The notes: generated by a model from the sequence alone, not told the origin. A stretch of 64,000 nt of DNA from an uncultured virus (IMG/VR IMGVR_UViG_3300034198_023361) (IMGVR_UViG_3300034198_023361), one strand, 5' to 3'; numbered from the stretch's first letter, positions 21,578 to 28,693 are shown. Program-made: numbers and translations.

Positions 21578-21648
21578 GGGCCGCGGAAACTGGTAGGCAA
21601 GCGAGTCTTATTAACTCGCGATGCAAGGTTCGATTCCTTGGCGGCCCA
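21578..21648 (+). tRNA. Atypical tRNA-like gene, anticodon UAU (Ile), no pairable D-stem
   Basis: Acceptor GGGCCGC/GCGGCCC+A, 6-bp anticodon stem GCGAGT/ACTCGC with loop CTTATTA, T-arm CAAGG-TTCGATT-CCTTG. Confidence 0.7.
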
Positions 21649-21684
21649 TTGGGTTTTGTTATCTTTACACGAAGGAGCAGCGAG

Positions 21685-21870
21685 ATGACACTGGAACGAG
21701 CAGCCGAATTGATATCTAAGTTGCGCGAAACGCAGAACCCCACAGACTTGTCGCCCTGCGATCTGTTTGCTCACTTTGCAGATTTCTTCAAACTCAAAGA
21801 GAAGCAGCTGATCACGTTCGCGCAAATGTGCGGTTTTCTTATCGCGTTAAACGTCGAAAAGGTAGACTGA
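21685..21870 (+). CDS. Small hypothetical protein
   Basis: RBS AAGGAG before ATG 21685. Confidence 0.65.
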   Translation: MTLERAAELISKLRETQNPTDLSPCDLFAHFADFFKLKEKQLITFAQMCGFLIALNVEKVD

Positions 21871-21879
21871 GACGACACT

Positions 21880-21952
21880 GGCCCCATCGTCTAGTGGCCT
21901 AGGACAACGGATTTTCGTTCCGTTTACCGGGGTTCGAATCCCCGTGGGGTCA
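21880..21952 (+). tRNA. tRNA-Glu(UUC)
   Basis: GGCCCCA/TGGGGTC acceptor, loop TTTTCGT. Confidence 0.93.
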
Positions 21953-21992
21953 ATGGTGCGATTGTTTTTAACACCACGCGAAGGAGGAAAAC

Positions 21993-22229
21993 ATGATTGC
22001 AGCGTTGGGTTTTGTTCCGGGCAATGCCGGTTTTGGCGTCGCTATCGTCGAGAGCGACGACATGGACGCTGCAAAGACGGCGTTGTCCGATTGTCATGGC
22101 CGGGATGATTTCGTGCGCGTCATTATCCTCAAGAGCGAAACGCCGATCGAAATCGCCGGCAATTGGTCTGCGCCGTTTGATTTGAAGAACGCGACGCTGG
22201 ATCAAGTCGCAACGCTCATGGGGTCATAG
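21993..22229 (+). CDS. Small hypothetical protein
   Basis: RBS AAGGAGG. Confidence 0.7.
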   Translation: MIAALGFVPGNAGFGVAIVESDDMDAAKTALSDCHGRDDFVRVIILKSETPIEIAGNWSAPFDLKNATLDQVATLMGS

Positions 22230-22252
22230 CTTTTTTAACAGAAAGGAACCAA

Positions 22253-22429
22253 ATGGTTTTTCATTTGACGCCGGCGCAAGTGTTGGCGATTTTAGATTGC
22301 ACGACTTGGACGCGTCGAGCGATCGCGGACGCCGAGAGCGTAACTCCCGAGAACCGCCAGAAGTGTCTGGAGGCAGTCGAAAATCTGAGAGCCGAAGTTG
22401 AAAAACAGCTTCGGCCGCAGCTCGTCTAG
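22253..22429 (+). CDS. 58-aa protein not in the ORF track (MVFHLTPAQVLAILD...)
   Basis: RBS GAAAGGA, ATG 22253, TAG 22427-22429. Confidence 0.65.
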   Translation: MVFHLTPAQVLAILDCTTWTRRAIADAESVTPENRQKCLEAVENLRAEVEKQLRPQLV

Positions 22430-22440
22430 TACAAACAAAT

Positions 22441-22505
22441 TGTGGTGCCAACGCATTCGCTAGGTGTTGGGCTTGGTTAAATGGTTGCCCTATCAACCAG
22501 CCACA
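22441..22505 (+). ncRNA. ~62-nt structured RNA, copy 1
   Basis: Closing stem TGTGGT/GCCACA around hairpins CCAACGC/GTGTTGG and TGGTTG/CAACCA; duplicated at 22786-22850. Confidence 0.6.
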
Positions 22506-22511
22506 TCTTTC

Positions 22512-22593
22512 AACTCGGTGGCGGAACTGGCAGACGCGCTGGATTTAGGTTCCAGTGCCGAAAGGCTTGCGGGTTCGACTCCCGCCCGGGTTA
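22512..22593 (+). tRNA. tRNA-Leu(UAG)
   Basis: AACTCGG/CCGGGTT acceptor, loop TTTAGGT, variable arm GCC-GAAA-GGC. Confidence 0.93.
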
Positions 22594-22595
22594 TT

Positions 22596-22779
22596 GTCTC
22601 GGCAGCGTGTGTACAGCGCTGCGAAATGCGGGGGGAAGTTATGCTCCTTAATGTTGTGGGAGGGTAGTAGCAATACTGTTATGCGGCTAGGTAAGCACTT
22701 ATTTGGGTAACATCACTCGTTACCGTGCAAGCCCCGCAAACCCAGTATGCCCGTTAGCACCACATCCCTGAGTCGAGAC
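22596..22779 (+). ncRNA. ~184-nt structured RNA of unknown class
   Basis: Closing stem GTCTCGGC/GTCGAGAC; internal TGCGGGG/CCCCGCA, GCAA-tetraloop hairpin, GGTAAC/GTTACC. Confidence 0.55.
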
Positions 22780-22785
22780 TTTCGC

Positions 22786-22850
22786 GATGGTGCCAACGCA
22801 TTCGCTAGGTGTTGGGCTTGGGTAAATGGTTGCCTTCTCAACCAGCCATT
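22786..22850 (+). ncRNA. ~62-nt structured RNA, copy 2
   Basis: Near-identical to 22441-22505 with a compensatory change in the closing stem (GATGG/CCATT). Confidence 0.6.
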
Positions 22851-22908
22851 CAATTCAAAATTAGGTCCGCACTGGTATCGACTGTTTTATTTCTTTTATG
22901 AGGACATC

Positions 22909-23094
22909 ATGACTGTTGTAGAATACGCTGAAACGCTCGGTAACAATTGTCGCGTGCTGAAAATGAACGCCGAGCAGGCCGCGACCATGGCGGAAGCGGC
23001 AATTGCTGACGAGCATTTTGATGACTTCTGGCACGGTTACTACTATGGCCGCGCTTACGAAATAACGCCGCTTCCTGCGGTAATAACTTCGTAA
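22909..23094 (+). CDS. Small hypothetical protein
   Basis: RBS GAGGA; MTVVEYAETLG...FWHGYYYG. Confidence 0.6.
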   Translation: MTVVEYAETLGNNCRVLKMNAEQAATMAEAAIADEHFDDFWHGYYYGRAYEITPLPAVITS

Positions 23095-23099
23095 AAACC

Positions 23100-23443
23100 G
23101 GGGGCGTACTGGTATCGACAGGATAAGGAAGGTTAGGACTGCGTGTCGTGGTTGATCGGTTGGCCACGTTAAAAGCCGATTACGTTTCTAGCTGGCGCTT
23201 TTGCACCGGCCCTCGCTGCCTAGTTTTAGGCCAGCGGGTGAGGCGACCTGAGCCTTATTGCCCAATCAGGTTGACGCCGATAATCGGCTGATCTGGCCCA
23301 GCAAGAAAGGGCAAGATGGTGGTAGCCCACCTGACGCCGATAATCGGCTAACTTTGGCAGGAGTGTAAACAACAACTGCCTACACACGTAGACGTTCTTT
23401 CTGGAGCTATCTCTGGACGCGGGTTCGATTCCCGCCGCCTCCA
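23100..23443 (+). ncRNA. ssrA: tmRNA; predicted tag (A)GAFAPALAA*
   Basis: 5' GGGGGCG..GGTATCGAC, 3' GCGGGTTCGATTCCCGCCGCCTCCA, G3:U70 pair; resume context TAGCT-GGC at 23194, TAG at 23221. Confidence 0.93.
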
Positions 23444-23450
23444 TAAACAA

Positions 23451-23726
23451 CGGGGATGAAGGGATAATGCTGCGTCGGTAACAGCCGATTGCAGGTCCCG
23501 GGAAACTAGGGTGGATTGGTATGCCCGAGCCCAAAGTCCTATATCCAGCGCCAGCTAGCATACCTGAGCGCACCGTTGTCTAACCGGGTACTCCTTACCA
23601 TCGGATACCGCTGCGGGAATCTCGTGGCGTGCTGCCGACGTGGAGGGGTTCCAAGAAGAGCTGCAGCTCGTCTTGGGTTATAGGGTTGGGGGCGTAAATC
23701 GACCCGCCCGGTTTTTCTTTTTTTTT
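23451..23726 (+). ncRNA. ~260-nt structured RNA directly after tmRNA, ending in a T-run
   Basis: Multiple stems (CTGCGTCGGT/GCCGATTGCAG, GGTATGC/GCATACC, GCTGCGGG/CTCGTGGC, CCAAGA/TCTTGG); no credible ORF. Confidence 0.5.
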
Positions 23727-23740
23727 GAAAGGCACATCTG

Positions 23741-23986
23741 TTGAAAATCGGCGATCGCATCAAATTGCTGGCCCCCATGACAAACCCGGACTCAAAAACA
23801 ATTCCGGTTGAAGAGGGCATGCCCGCAGGATTAAAAGGGACAATTGTGTATCTCTCGCTGGACGGTCCAGCAGAATGGCACCAAATCGGCGTTAAGTGGG
23901 ACAACGGTCGAACGTTAAACATTCTGCCCAGCGTTGATAAATTTGTCGTCTGTAAGCCACAGGAGTTGACCAATGTTGCTGAATGA
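23741..23986 (+). CDS. DUF4314-like protein
   Basis: GDRIKL..M..P.....G.KGTI......QIGVKWDNGRTLNILP.VDKF. Confidence 0.7.
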   Translation: MKIGDRIKLLAPMTNPDSKTIPVEEGMPAGLKGTIVYLSLDGPAEWHQIGVKWDNGRTLNILPSVDKFVVCKPQELTNVAE

Positions 23987-24263
23987 AAAAACAGCCACGC
24001 TTGATCACTTTGGGCATTGCCCGGAGTGTGAGGCTGATTGGTGTGCAGGAGATATCTTTACGGTCTTGCGCGGGCAGGACTGGTGCAAAGACAAGAGCGA
24101 CGAAGACCTGCGTGAATACATCGCGCAGTGCTATTCGCCGCCTTACAAGTTCAGCCGGCTGATCGGCGTCCAGCTACCGATCAGCCACCCCAAGCACTAC
24201 GACGGCGTGTCGTATTGGGAATGCCCGAATTGCCAGCATCAGTGGCAAAGGTTTAACGATTAG
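23973..24263 (+). CDS. Zinc-binding hypothetical protein
   Basis: CPEC...YDGVSYWECPNC. Confidence 0.7.
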   Translation: MLLNEKTATLDHFGHCPECEADWCAGDIFTVLRGQDWCKDKSDEDLREYIAQCYSPPYKFSRLIGVQLPISHPKHYDGVSYWECPNCQHQWQRFND

Positions 24264-24273
24264 AAAGGACGCT

Positions 24274-24888
24274 ATGAAGGTTTACATCGGTAAGTCTCCC
24301 AAGTGGTGGGGGCCGTATCAGATTGCTGACCTGTTGCAGTGGGTTGGCGTCTCTGAAGACCGCTGCTACAAGATCGGCGAGTGGTTAAACAACACGCGGT
24401 TTGGCGAGTTCTGCGAGTGGTTTCACGGTCGGTTCCGCAAGCAGAAGGTTGTCGTCAAGCTGCACTACTACGACACGTGGAGCGTCGATAGCACCTTGGC
24501 GCCGATCATCCTTCCCTTGCTCAAGCAGCTAAAGGCGACCCAGCACGGGTATCCCTTTACTGATGACGAGGATGTACCGGAAGAGCTTCGGTCAAGCGCT
24601 GCGCCGGCGCTGACTGAAGAAGAGAAGAATTGCAGCGCCCCTGACCAGAACCATGAAAAGCGTTGGGAGTGGATCATAGGTGAGATGATCTGGGCGTTCG
24701 AGCAGTTGAACGACCCGGATCATGACGATCAGTTCTGGCAGGGTCGGGACGAGTTGGCGGATGTAGATAACATCACCGAGCACATGAAGCGGGTGAAGTG
24801 CGATTTCGATGGATTGAAAGCACACGAGGAGCGTATCCGCCGTGGAACGACTCTGTTCGGTAAGTACTACCAAGCCCTGTGGGATTAA
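24274..24888 (+). CDS. Conserved myophage hypothetical protein
   Basis: YDTWSVDSTLA.IILPLLKQL...HG.P...RWEWI..EMIWAFE...LFGKYY..LWD; RBS GAAAGGA. Confidence 0.8.
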   Translation: MKVYIGKSPKWWGPYQIADLLQWVGVSEDRCYKIGEWLNNTRFGEFCEWFHGRFRKQKVVVKLHYYDTWSVDSTLAPIILPLLKQLKATQHGYPFTDDEDVPEELRSSAAPALTEEEKNCSAPDQNHEKRWEWIIGEMIWAFEQLNDPDHDDQFWQGRDELADVDNITEHMKRVKCDFDGLKAHEERIRRGTTLFGKYYQALWD

Positions 24889-24905
24889 CTCAAAGAGGAG
24901 AACTT

Positions 24906-25547
24906 ATGAACGCGCTGGAAGAACACGCATTGGCGCTGCTGAAACGGGATTCGCTCGCTGAGGCTGAAAAAAAGCTCGGCGTAGGCCCGCAATCAGTTGC
25001 GCTGGGCATGATGCTGTTGCAGGATGTTCAACAGCAAAAAGCGGACGTATTCAGTGTGCTCGACGATACGCACTTCAGCATACATTACGATGAATTCGCC
25101 GACGTTGTTGAGCGCCGCCGGTTTGAGAAGGTGTACCACGAAACTCACGGCGACAAAAAAGATGTTTACGAAATCTGGTGGCATTCAGACGGGGTGCTGC
25201 TTACGTCCGAATCTTACGATCGCAAACATGTGAATATGACGCAGGTGTACTACAACTGGATGCCGGCGTCGCGTGCGGCTCCGTACGAGATTCGATCGTC
25301 AGGCGGTTATGTGGCGCCCGGCGTCTGGGCTGGGCATTTCGACGGGCGGGAAGGCTTGTTTACTCACCTGAAAAAATTGAGAAAGACAGGCCATATTCTG
25401 CAGAGCTGGGTCGAGGCCCCGTTTTTGTGGTTGCTGAACTATTCCGACACTAAAGACAAGAACTACGACTACAAGGCAATTAGCCGCCTGAAGTTTTGTG
25501 TCTTGCCGGAGCATGTTCAAAAGGCGATTGGTCCTATTTTGGTTTAA
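24906..25547 (+). CDS. Hypothetical protein
   Basis: RBS GAGGAG. Confidence 0.75.
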   Translation: MNALEEHALALLKRDSLAEAEKKLGVGPQSVALGMMLLQDVQQQKADVFSVLDDTHFSIHYDEFADVVERRRFEKVYHETHGDKKDVYEIWWHSDGVLLTSESYDRKHVNMTQVYYNWMPASRAAPYEIRSSGGYVAPGVWAGHFDGREGLFTHLKKLRKTGHILQSWVEAPFLWLLNYSDTKDKNYDYKAISRLKFCVLPEHVQKAIGPILV

Positions 25548-25571
25548 CTTTCACCCTCAAAGGAGTTTTAC

Positions 25572-25853
25572 ATGTATTTCACGACGTTGCGGCGCATTGG
25601 TTCGTGCGCGGGAATCACCCGCGGCGGGGTGTTTGACGAGGTCGGGCACTGTGTGCTGGAGGTCGGCAACAACTGCGAGTGTGAGCCCCGTTTGCTCGCT
25701 CTTGCCGGCATGTTGCCGGAAATCGAGGAGTTCTTGCTGAAGGTCAACAGCCCGCTCGCCAATCTCATCCTCGACAAGTGGGCCGAGGCTGAGGGCCAGC
25801 TGCGCGACCAGCTGGCGGACAGCGTCAAGCCCGCTGAGAAGGTGGCGTCATGA
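25572..25853 (+). CDS. Hypothetical protein
   Basis: RBS AAGGAG. Confidence 0.7.
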   Translation: MYFTTLRRIGSCAGITRGGVFDEVGHCVLEVGNNCECEPRLLALAGMLPEIEEFLLKVNSPLANLILDKWAEAEGQLRDQLADSVKPAEKVAS

Positions 25854-26134
25854 ATCAGAACTGCCGCTGGTTCGTGCAGGCGTTGCGTGATGCCTGTGAT
25901 CACGCGTTGGAAGACGGCATGATTGGTGACCAGATGGGCCACATCGAGTCGATCGATGTGACTGACGCTGGTTCGCCGATGGAGCTGAAAGTCACATGCT
26001 TTGGCGCCTACTCGCCTACGGAAGCCCGGCGAGTACATGAAAACCAAGGCATCATTCAGGTGATGGATCTTGTTGCCCGGTATTTGGCAGACCGGGCAGT
26101 GGGCTTGAAAGAATCGTTCGACGACCTTCGATAA
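25850..26134 (+). CDS. Hypothetical protein
   Basis: ATGA overlap with the upstream gene. Confidence 0.7.
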   Translation: MNQNCRWFVQALRDACDHALEDGMIGDQMGHIESIDVTDAGSPMELKVTCFGAYSPTEARRVHENQGIIQVMDLVARYLADRAVGLKESFDDLR

Positions 26135-26145
26135 AGGAGAACCGC

Positions 26146-26445
26146 GTGGAAGATCTGTCATTAGCCGGCGCGAAGGCGTTGCTCAAGCTCGCCGAAACGT
26201 TGGTAAAAACCAGAGATGAAATGCGCAACACAATTGACAAGATGGAGCATCTGCGTAAAGTCGTGGATGGTTGCGCAAACACCCTGATTGACACCCTCAA
26301 GGAAGCGCTACTAATAGTAGTGAGTCAAGATGCCAGCGACGAGGACGGCAGTGAACTGGAACAACCAATGGTGGACGGAAGTGGTACACAAGGAGAAGAC
26401 AGCGTTGAAACCGCAGGTGAACACGAAGAGCGGGACGAGGTATAA
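26146..26445 (+). CDS. Coiled-coil protein with acidic tail
   Basis: RBS AAAGGAG, GTG start. Confidence 0.65.
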   Translation: MEDLSLAGAKALLKLAETLVKTRDEMRNTIDKMEHLRKVVDGCANTLIDTLKEALLIVVSQDASDEDGSELEQPMVDGSGTQGEDSVETAGEHEERDEV

Positions 26446-26617
26446 AACAGACGCGGAGATCGAAGTGAAACAACTTCGCCGCGCGCTGTTAAATATCCGC
26501 AAGGCAATGAGTGCGTTGGTCCAAAAGTTAGACCAGCGCTGCGCCGGAAGTGAGGCCGAAGAAATTGTTACGCGTTATGTGTGCGTGACGCAGCACTACA
26601 TTGACACGTTGACGTAG
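26417..26617 (+). CDS. Possible small protein
   Basis: Helical ORF filling the gap before the promoter; start uncertain. Confidence 0.4.
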   Translation: MNTKSGTRYKTDAEIEVKQLRRALLNIRKAMSALVQKLDQRCAGSEAEEIVTRYVCVTQHYIDTLT

Positions 26618-26636
26618 CCAACACGGCCGCTAGAAT
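26609..26636 (+). promoter_or_regulatory. Sigma70-type promoter for the 26642 RNA
   Basis: TTGACG-N16-TAGAAT; expected start coincides with the 5' arm of the 25-bp stem. Confidence 0.7.
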
Positions 26637-26641
26637 CCATA

Positions 26642-26992
26642 CGTTGGCACAAGAAACGCTCGTGAGAAGCATGTGTATGAACCTATCTCTAGGTGCATGC
26701 AGAGGGCTGGGCGAGCAGCTTTCGTGAAATGTTTTGCAGGAACCGTTAGGGTAGATGGCGGAATAGCGGGCATGCCCCGCCCGGGCCTCGTTGGCTATTC
26801 CAAGTGACTCCACTCGACTACACTACATTATGGCTAGGGGAGCGGGTGGTGCAGGTGAAAGACCTGCCGGACTAGTTTTAAATAACATAGTTTTGCGTCC
26901 GTACAACGCGAGACTGTTCGTGACCTAACAAACGGCTGCAGGGCGTAGGTAGGTAGTGATACCTGTCCTCACGAGCGTTTCTTGTGCTAACG
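26642..26992 (+). ncRNA. ~350-nt multi-branched ncRNA closed by a 25-bp stem
   Basis: 26642-26666 pairs with 26968-26992 (24 Watson-Crick + 1 G:U); at least 8 internal stems; promoter upstream, terminator downstream. Confidence 0.7.
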
Positions 26993-27048
26993 CTTTCTTG
27001 GCGACCGATTGGTCGCTTCGGCACGAGCGCGGATCTCGTTAACTTCGC

Positions 27049-27096
27049 AAAGCCGGTAGGGATGCGCTTCCCTGCCGGCTTTTTTTTAGCTATCAG
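27049..27096 (+). terminator. Intrinsic terminator with TTTAGCTATCAG tail
   Basis: AAAGCCGGTAGGGA/TCCCTGCCGGCTTT then T-run. Confidence 0.85.
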
Positions 27097-27103
27097 AACC
27101 TAG

Positions 27104-27131
27104 CTAAATATCTGCCAAAAACACGGCATAT
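27104..27131 (+). promoter_or_regulatory. Phage promoter motif, copy 2
   Basis: CTAAA-N15-CGGCATAT. Confidence 0.75.
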
Positions 27132-27316
27132 CTATTGAGGACCTATATCTCTTGCCGCGGCAGTGTGTATTGCACTGGCCTTACGCATGAAGCTATAGCA
27201 CTTCCTCGCCGTACCCCTGCCCGGTGATAGGTGGGGCCGTCTAATGGCGAGAGACCATTAGCGTGTACCGCCACGAGACGGCGGTTGTTTTATTTCTCTT
27301 CAAGGAGGACGAGATT

Positions 27317-27547
27317 ATGGCTGGTCTGCGCAACAACCCGGCGGTGAAGGTCAATGTGGACGACTACCGGGACATGCTGTTCGTGTTTGCTGTGGCCACT
27401 GCGCCGCCTGACACGGACATCGAGCACTGCCTGCACTGCGGCCTTGAACTGGGCGTCTGCGAGTGCATCCCGGCCGAAGCAGCGATCCTGAACGACGACT
27501 TCGACGGCTACACGGTGATCGACGCCGACTTTGAGGCTGTCACCTGA
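27317..27547 (+). CDS. Small Cys-rich protein (cassette gene)
   Basis: RBS AAGGAGG; CLHC...CEC. Confidence 0.7.
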   Translation: MAGLRNNPAVKVNVDDYRDMLFVFAVATAPPDTDIEHCLHCGLELGVCECIPAEAAILNDDFDGYTVIDADFEAVT

Positions 27548-27552
27548 ATCTT

Positions 27553-27598
27553 GCGCGGCAGTGGTCTTCGGACCCTGACCGCGCTTTTTTTTAGCTAT
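27553..27598 (+). terminator. Intrinsic terminator with TTTAGCTAT tail
   Basis: GCGCGG..GGTC-TTCG-GACC..CCGCGC then T8. Confidence 0.8.
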
Positions 27599-27693
27599 TT
27601 AACGTAACATATTGTCGCGCACAGACTTACGCCAAGCAGGAAAAACCCGCTTGCCCTAAGTCTTTGTATATCAACATGTTACGTAAAATAGCT
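27593..27693. repeat. ~100-bp imperfect palindrome made of two recombinase-site-like arms
   Basis: AGCTATTTAACGTAACAT...ATGTTACGTAAAATAGCT (17/18), inner AGACTTA/TAAGTCT and CAAGC/GCTTG. Confidence 0.75.
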
Positions 27694-27791
27694 GTAAGAA
27701 ATACATATCAAAACTTCTTTACGTTTCGGGACGTGTTATCAAAATCGTATAATTGCGACACGTTTTAACGTCCTGTCGTCTGGAGGTACAC

Positions 27792-27887
27792 ATGCGCACC
27801 AACGCTATTCATATCTTTACCTCAGACGACGACGAAGAATACGAAGACATGGGCTTAGATATCATGATCTGGCTCAGGGCTAAATAA
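27792..27887 (+). CDS. 31-aa acidic peptide (MRTNAIHIFTSDDDEEYEDMGLDIMIWLRAK)
   Basis: RBS GGAGG; TATAAT upstream; not in the ORF track. Confidence 0.5.
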   Translation: MRTNAIHIFTSDDDEEYEDMGLDIMIWLRAK

Positions 27888-27907
27888 GCTGCTATTTCCG
27901 GTCATAT
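27880..27907 (+). promoter_or_regulatory. Phage promoter motif, copy 3
   Basis: CTAAA-N15-GGTCATAT. Confidence 0.75.
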
Positions 27908-27974
27908 TAAGTGACGAATAGGCGTAAGCCAAAAATTACGCTTTACCCGTCACGATTGAAAGGAAGGAAATAGC

Positions 27975-28199
27975 ATGACCACGGCCCTCATGATCTTTGG
28001 CGGGCTGGCGGCGATCGGATGGATCTCTGACAAGTTCCAACCGTCACCGGCGTGGCGTGACATGCAGCACCGTATGACGGCGCCCGTACAGGCGCCCAGT
28101 CATGCGGTTAAGCCTGTCTCCCACGCAGCCAAGCCACGGATTATCAATCCGCTGGATCAGACCTACAACGGCGAGTGGACAACTCTCTCGGCCCAGTAG
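27975..28199 (+). CDS. Small N-terminally anchored protein (cassette gene)
   Basis: RBS AAGGAAGG; hydrophobic N-terminus. Confidence 0.7.
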   Translation: MTTALMIFGGLAAIGWISDKFQPSPAWRDMQHRMTAPVQAPSHAVKPVSHAAKPRIINPLDQTYNGEWTTLSAQ

Positions 28200-28201
28200 G
28201 C

Positions 28202-28252
28202 AAAGCGCCCGTAGGTATGACCTCCACTTGCGGGCGCTTTTTTTAGCTATCA
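28202..28252 (+). terminator. Intrinsic terminator with TTTAGCTATCA tail
   Basis: AAAGCGCCCGTAGGT/ACTTGCGGGCGCTTT then T-run. Confidence 0.85.
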
Positions 28253-28261
28253 ATACGTCGG

Positions 28262-28289
28262 CTAAATAAACGCGTAATTCGCGTCATAT
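28262..28289 (+). promoter_or_regulatory. Phage promoter motif, copy 4
   Basis: CTAAA-N15-CGTCATAT. Confidence 0.75.
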
Positions 28290-28363
28290 TTACTGGTACC
28301 CCGGTAGTGTGTCGGGGTGTTCTATGTCTTTTTGCCGCTTTGCGCGGCTAAGGAGAATGACCG

Positions 28364-28693
28364 ATGAGTCAGCTGTTTGAAACCGATATTGCTGCTCTGC
28401 TGGAGAGCGGCAACGTGGCAACGCACACGCACCTGATGAAGACTATCCACAGTCTCATTGAGCTGCGTGATCGCGTGTCTGAGATCGAGCGGCGCGAGAA
28501 CCGAGTGCTGAACATGATCGGCCAGCTCATGGAACTCGACAAGATGAACAGCGCGGCGCTCGACAATTTGCGCAAGTCTGTGACCGATCTTGCCGCTGGG
28601 CGTGAACGCGTTTGGGCGCATTCGCGCGCACATCAGCAAGCGATCGACCTCTTGCACGAGCGGATCGAGAAGCTGGAAAGGAAAACGTCATGA
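28364..28693 (+). CDS. Coiled-coil protein
   Basis: RBS AAGGAG; heptad pattern. Confidence 0.75.
   Translation: MSQLFETDIAALLESGNVATHTHLMKTIHSLIELRDRVSEIERRENRVLNMIGQLMELDKMNSAALDNLRKSVTDLAAGRERVWAHSRAHQQAIDLLHERIEKLERKTS

Noticed and set aside
21601..21620. Ochre-suppressor (UUA) reading of the atypical tRNA or a recoded genome
   Set aside because: The symmetric 7-nt loop centres on TAT; genes end normally at TAA, TAG and TGA with no fragmented ORFs.
22441..22505. Theta/HDV, pistol or hammerhead ribozyme
   Set aside because: No P1/P1.1/J4-2 layout, no CUGANGA/GAAA core, and the pistol pseudoknot could not be formed.
22441..23349. CRISPR-like arrangement of short repeats
   Set aside because: Only pairs of repeats, irregular spacing, and no cas genes.
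26849..26868. Group II intron (GGTGAAAG resembles a domain I motif)
   Set aside because: No GUGYG 5' end, no convincing domain V AGC triad helix, and no interrupted gene.
26642..26992. MITE or retron interpretation of the 25-bp inverted repeat
   Set aside because: No target-site duplication, transposase or RT nearby; G:U-rich stems with promoter and terminator fit an RNA better. A trans-acting RT elsewhere cannot be excluded.
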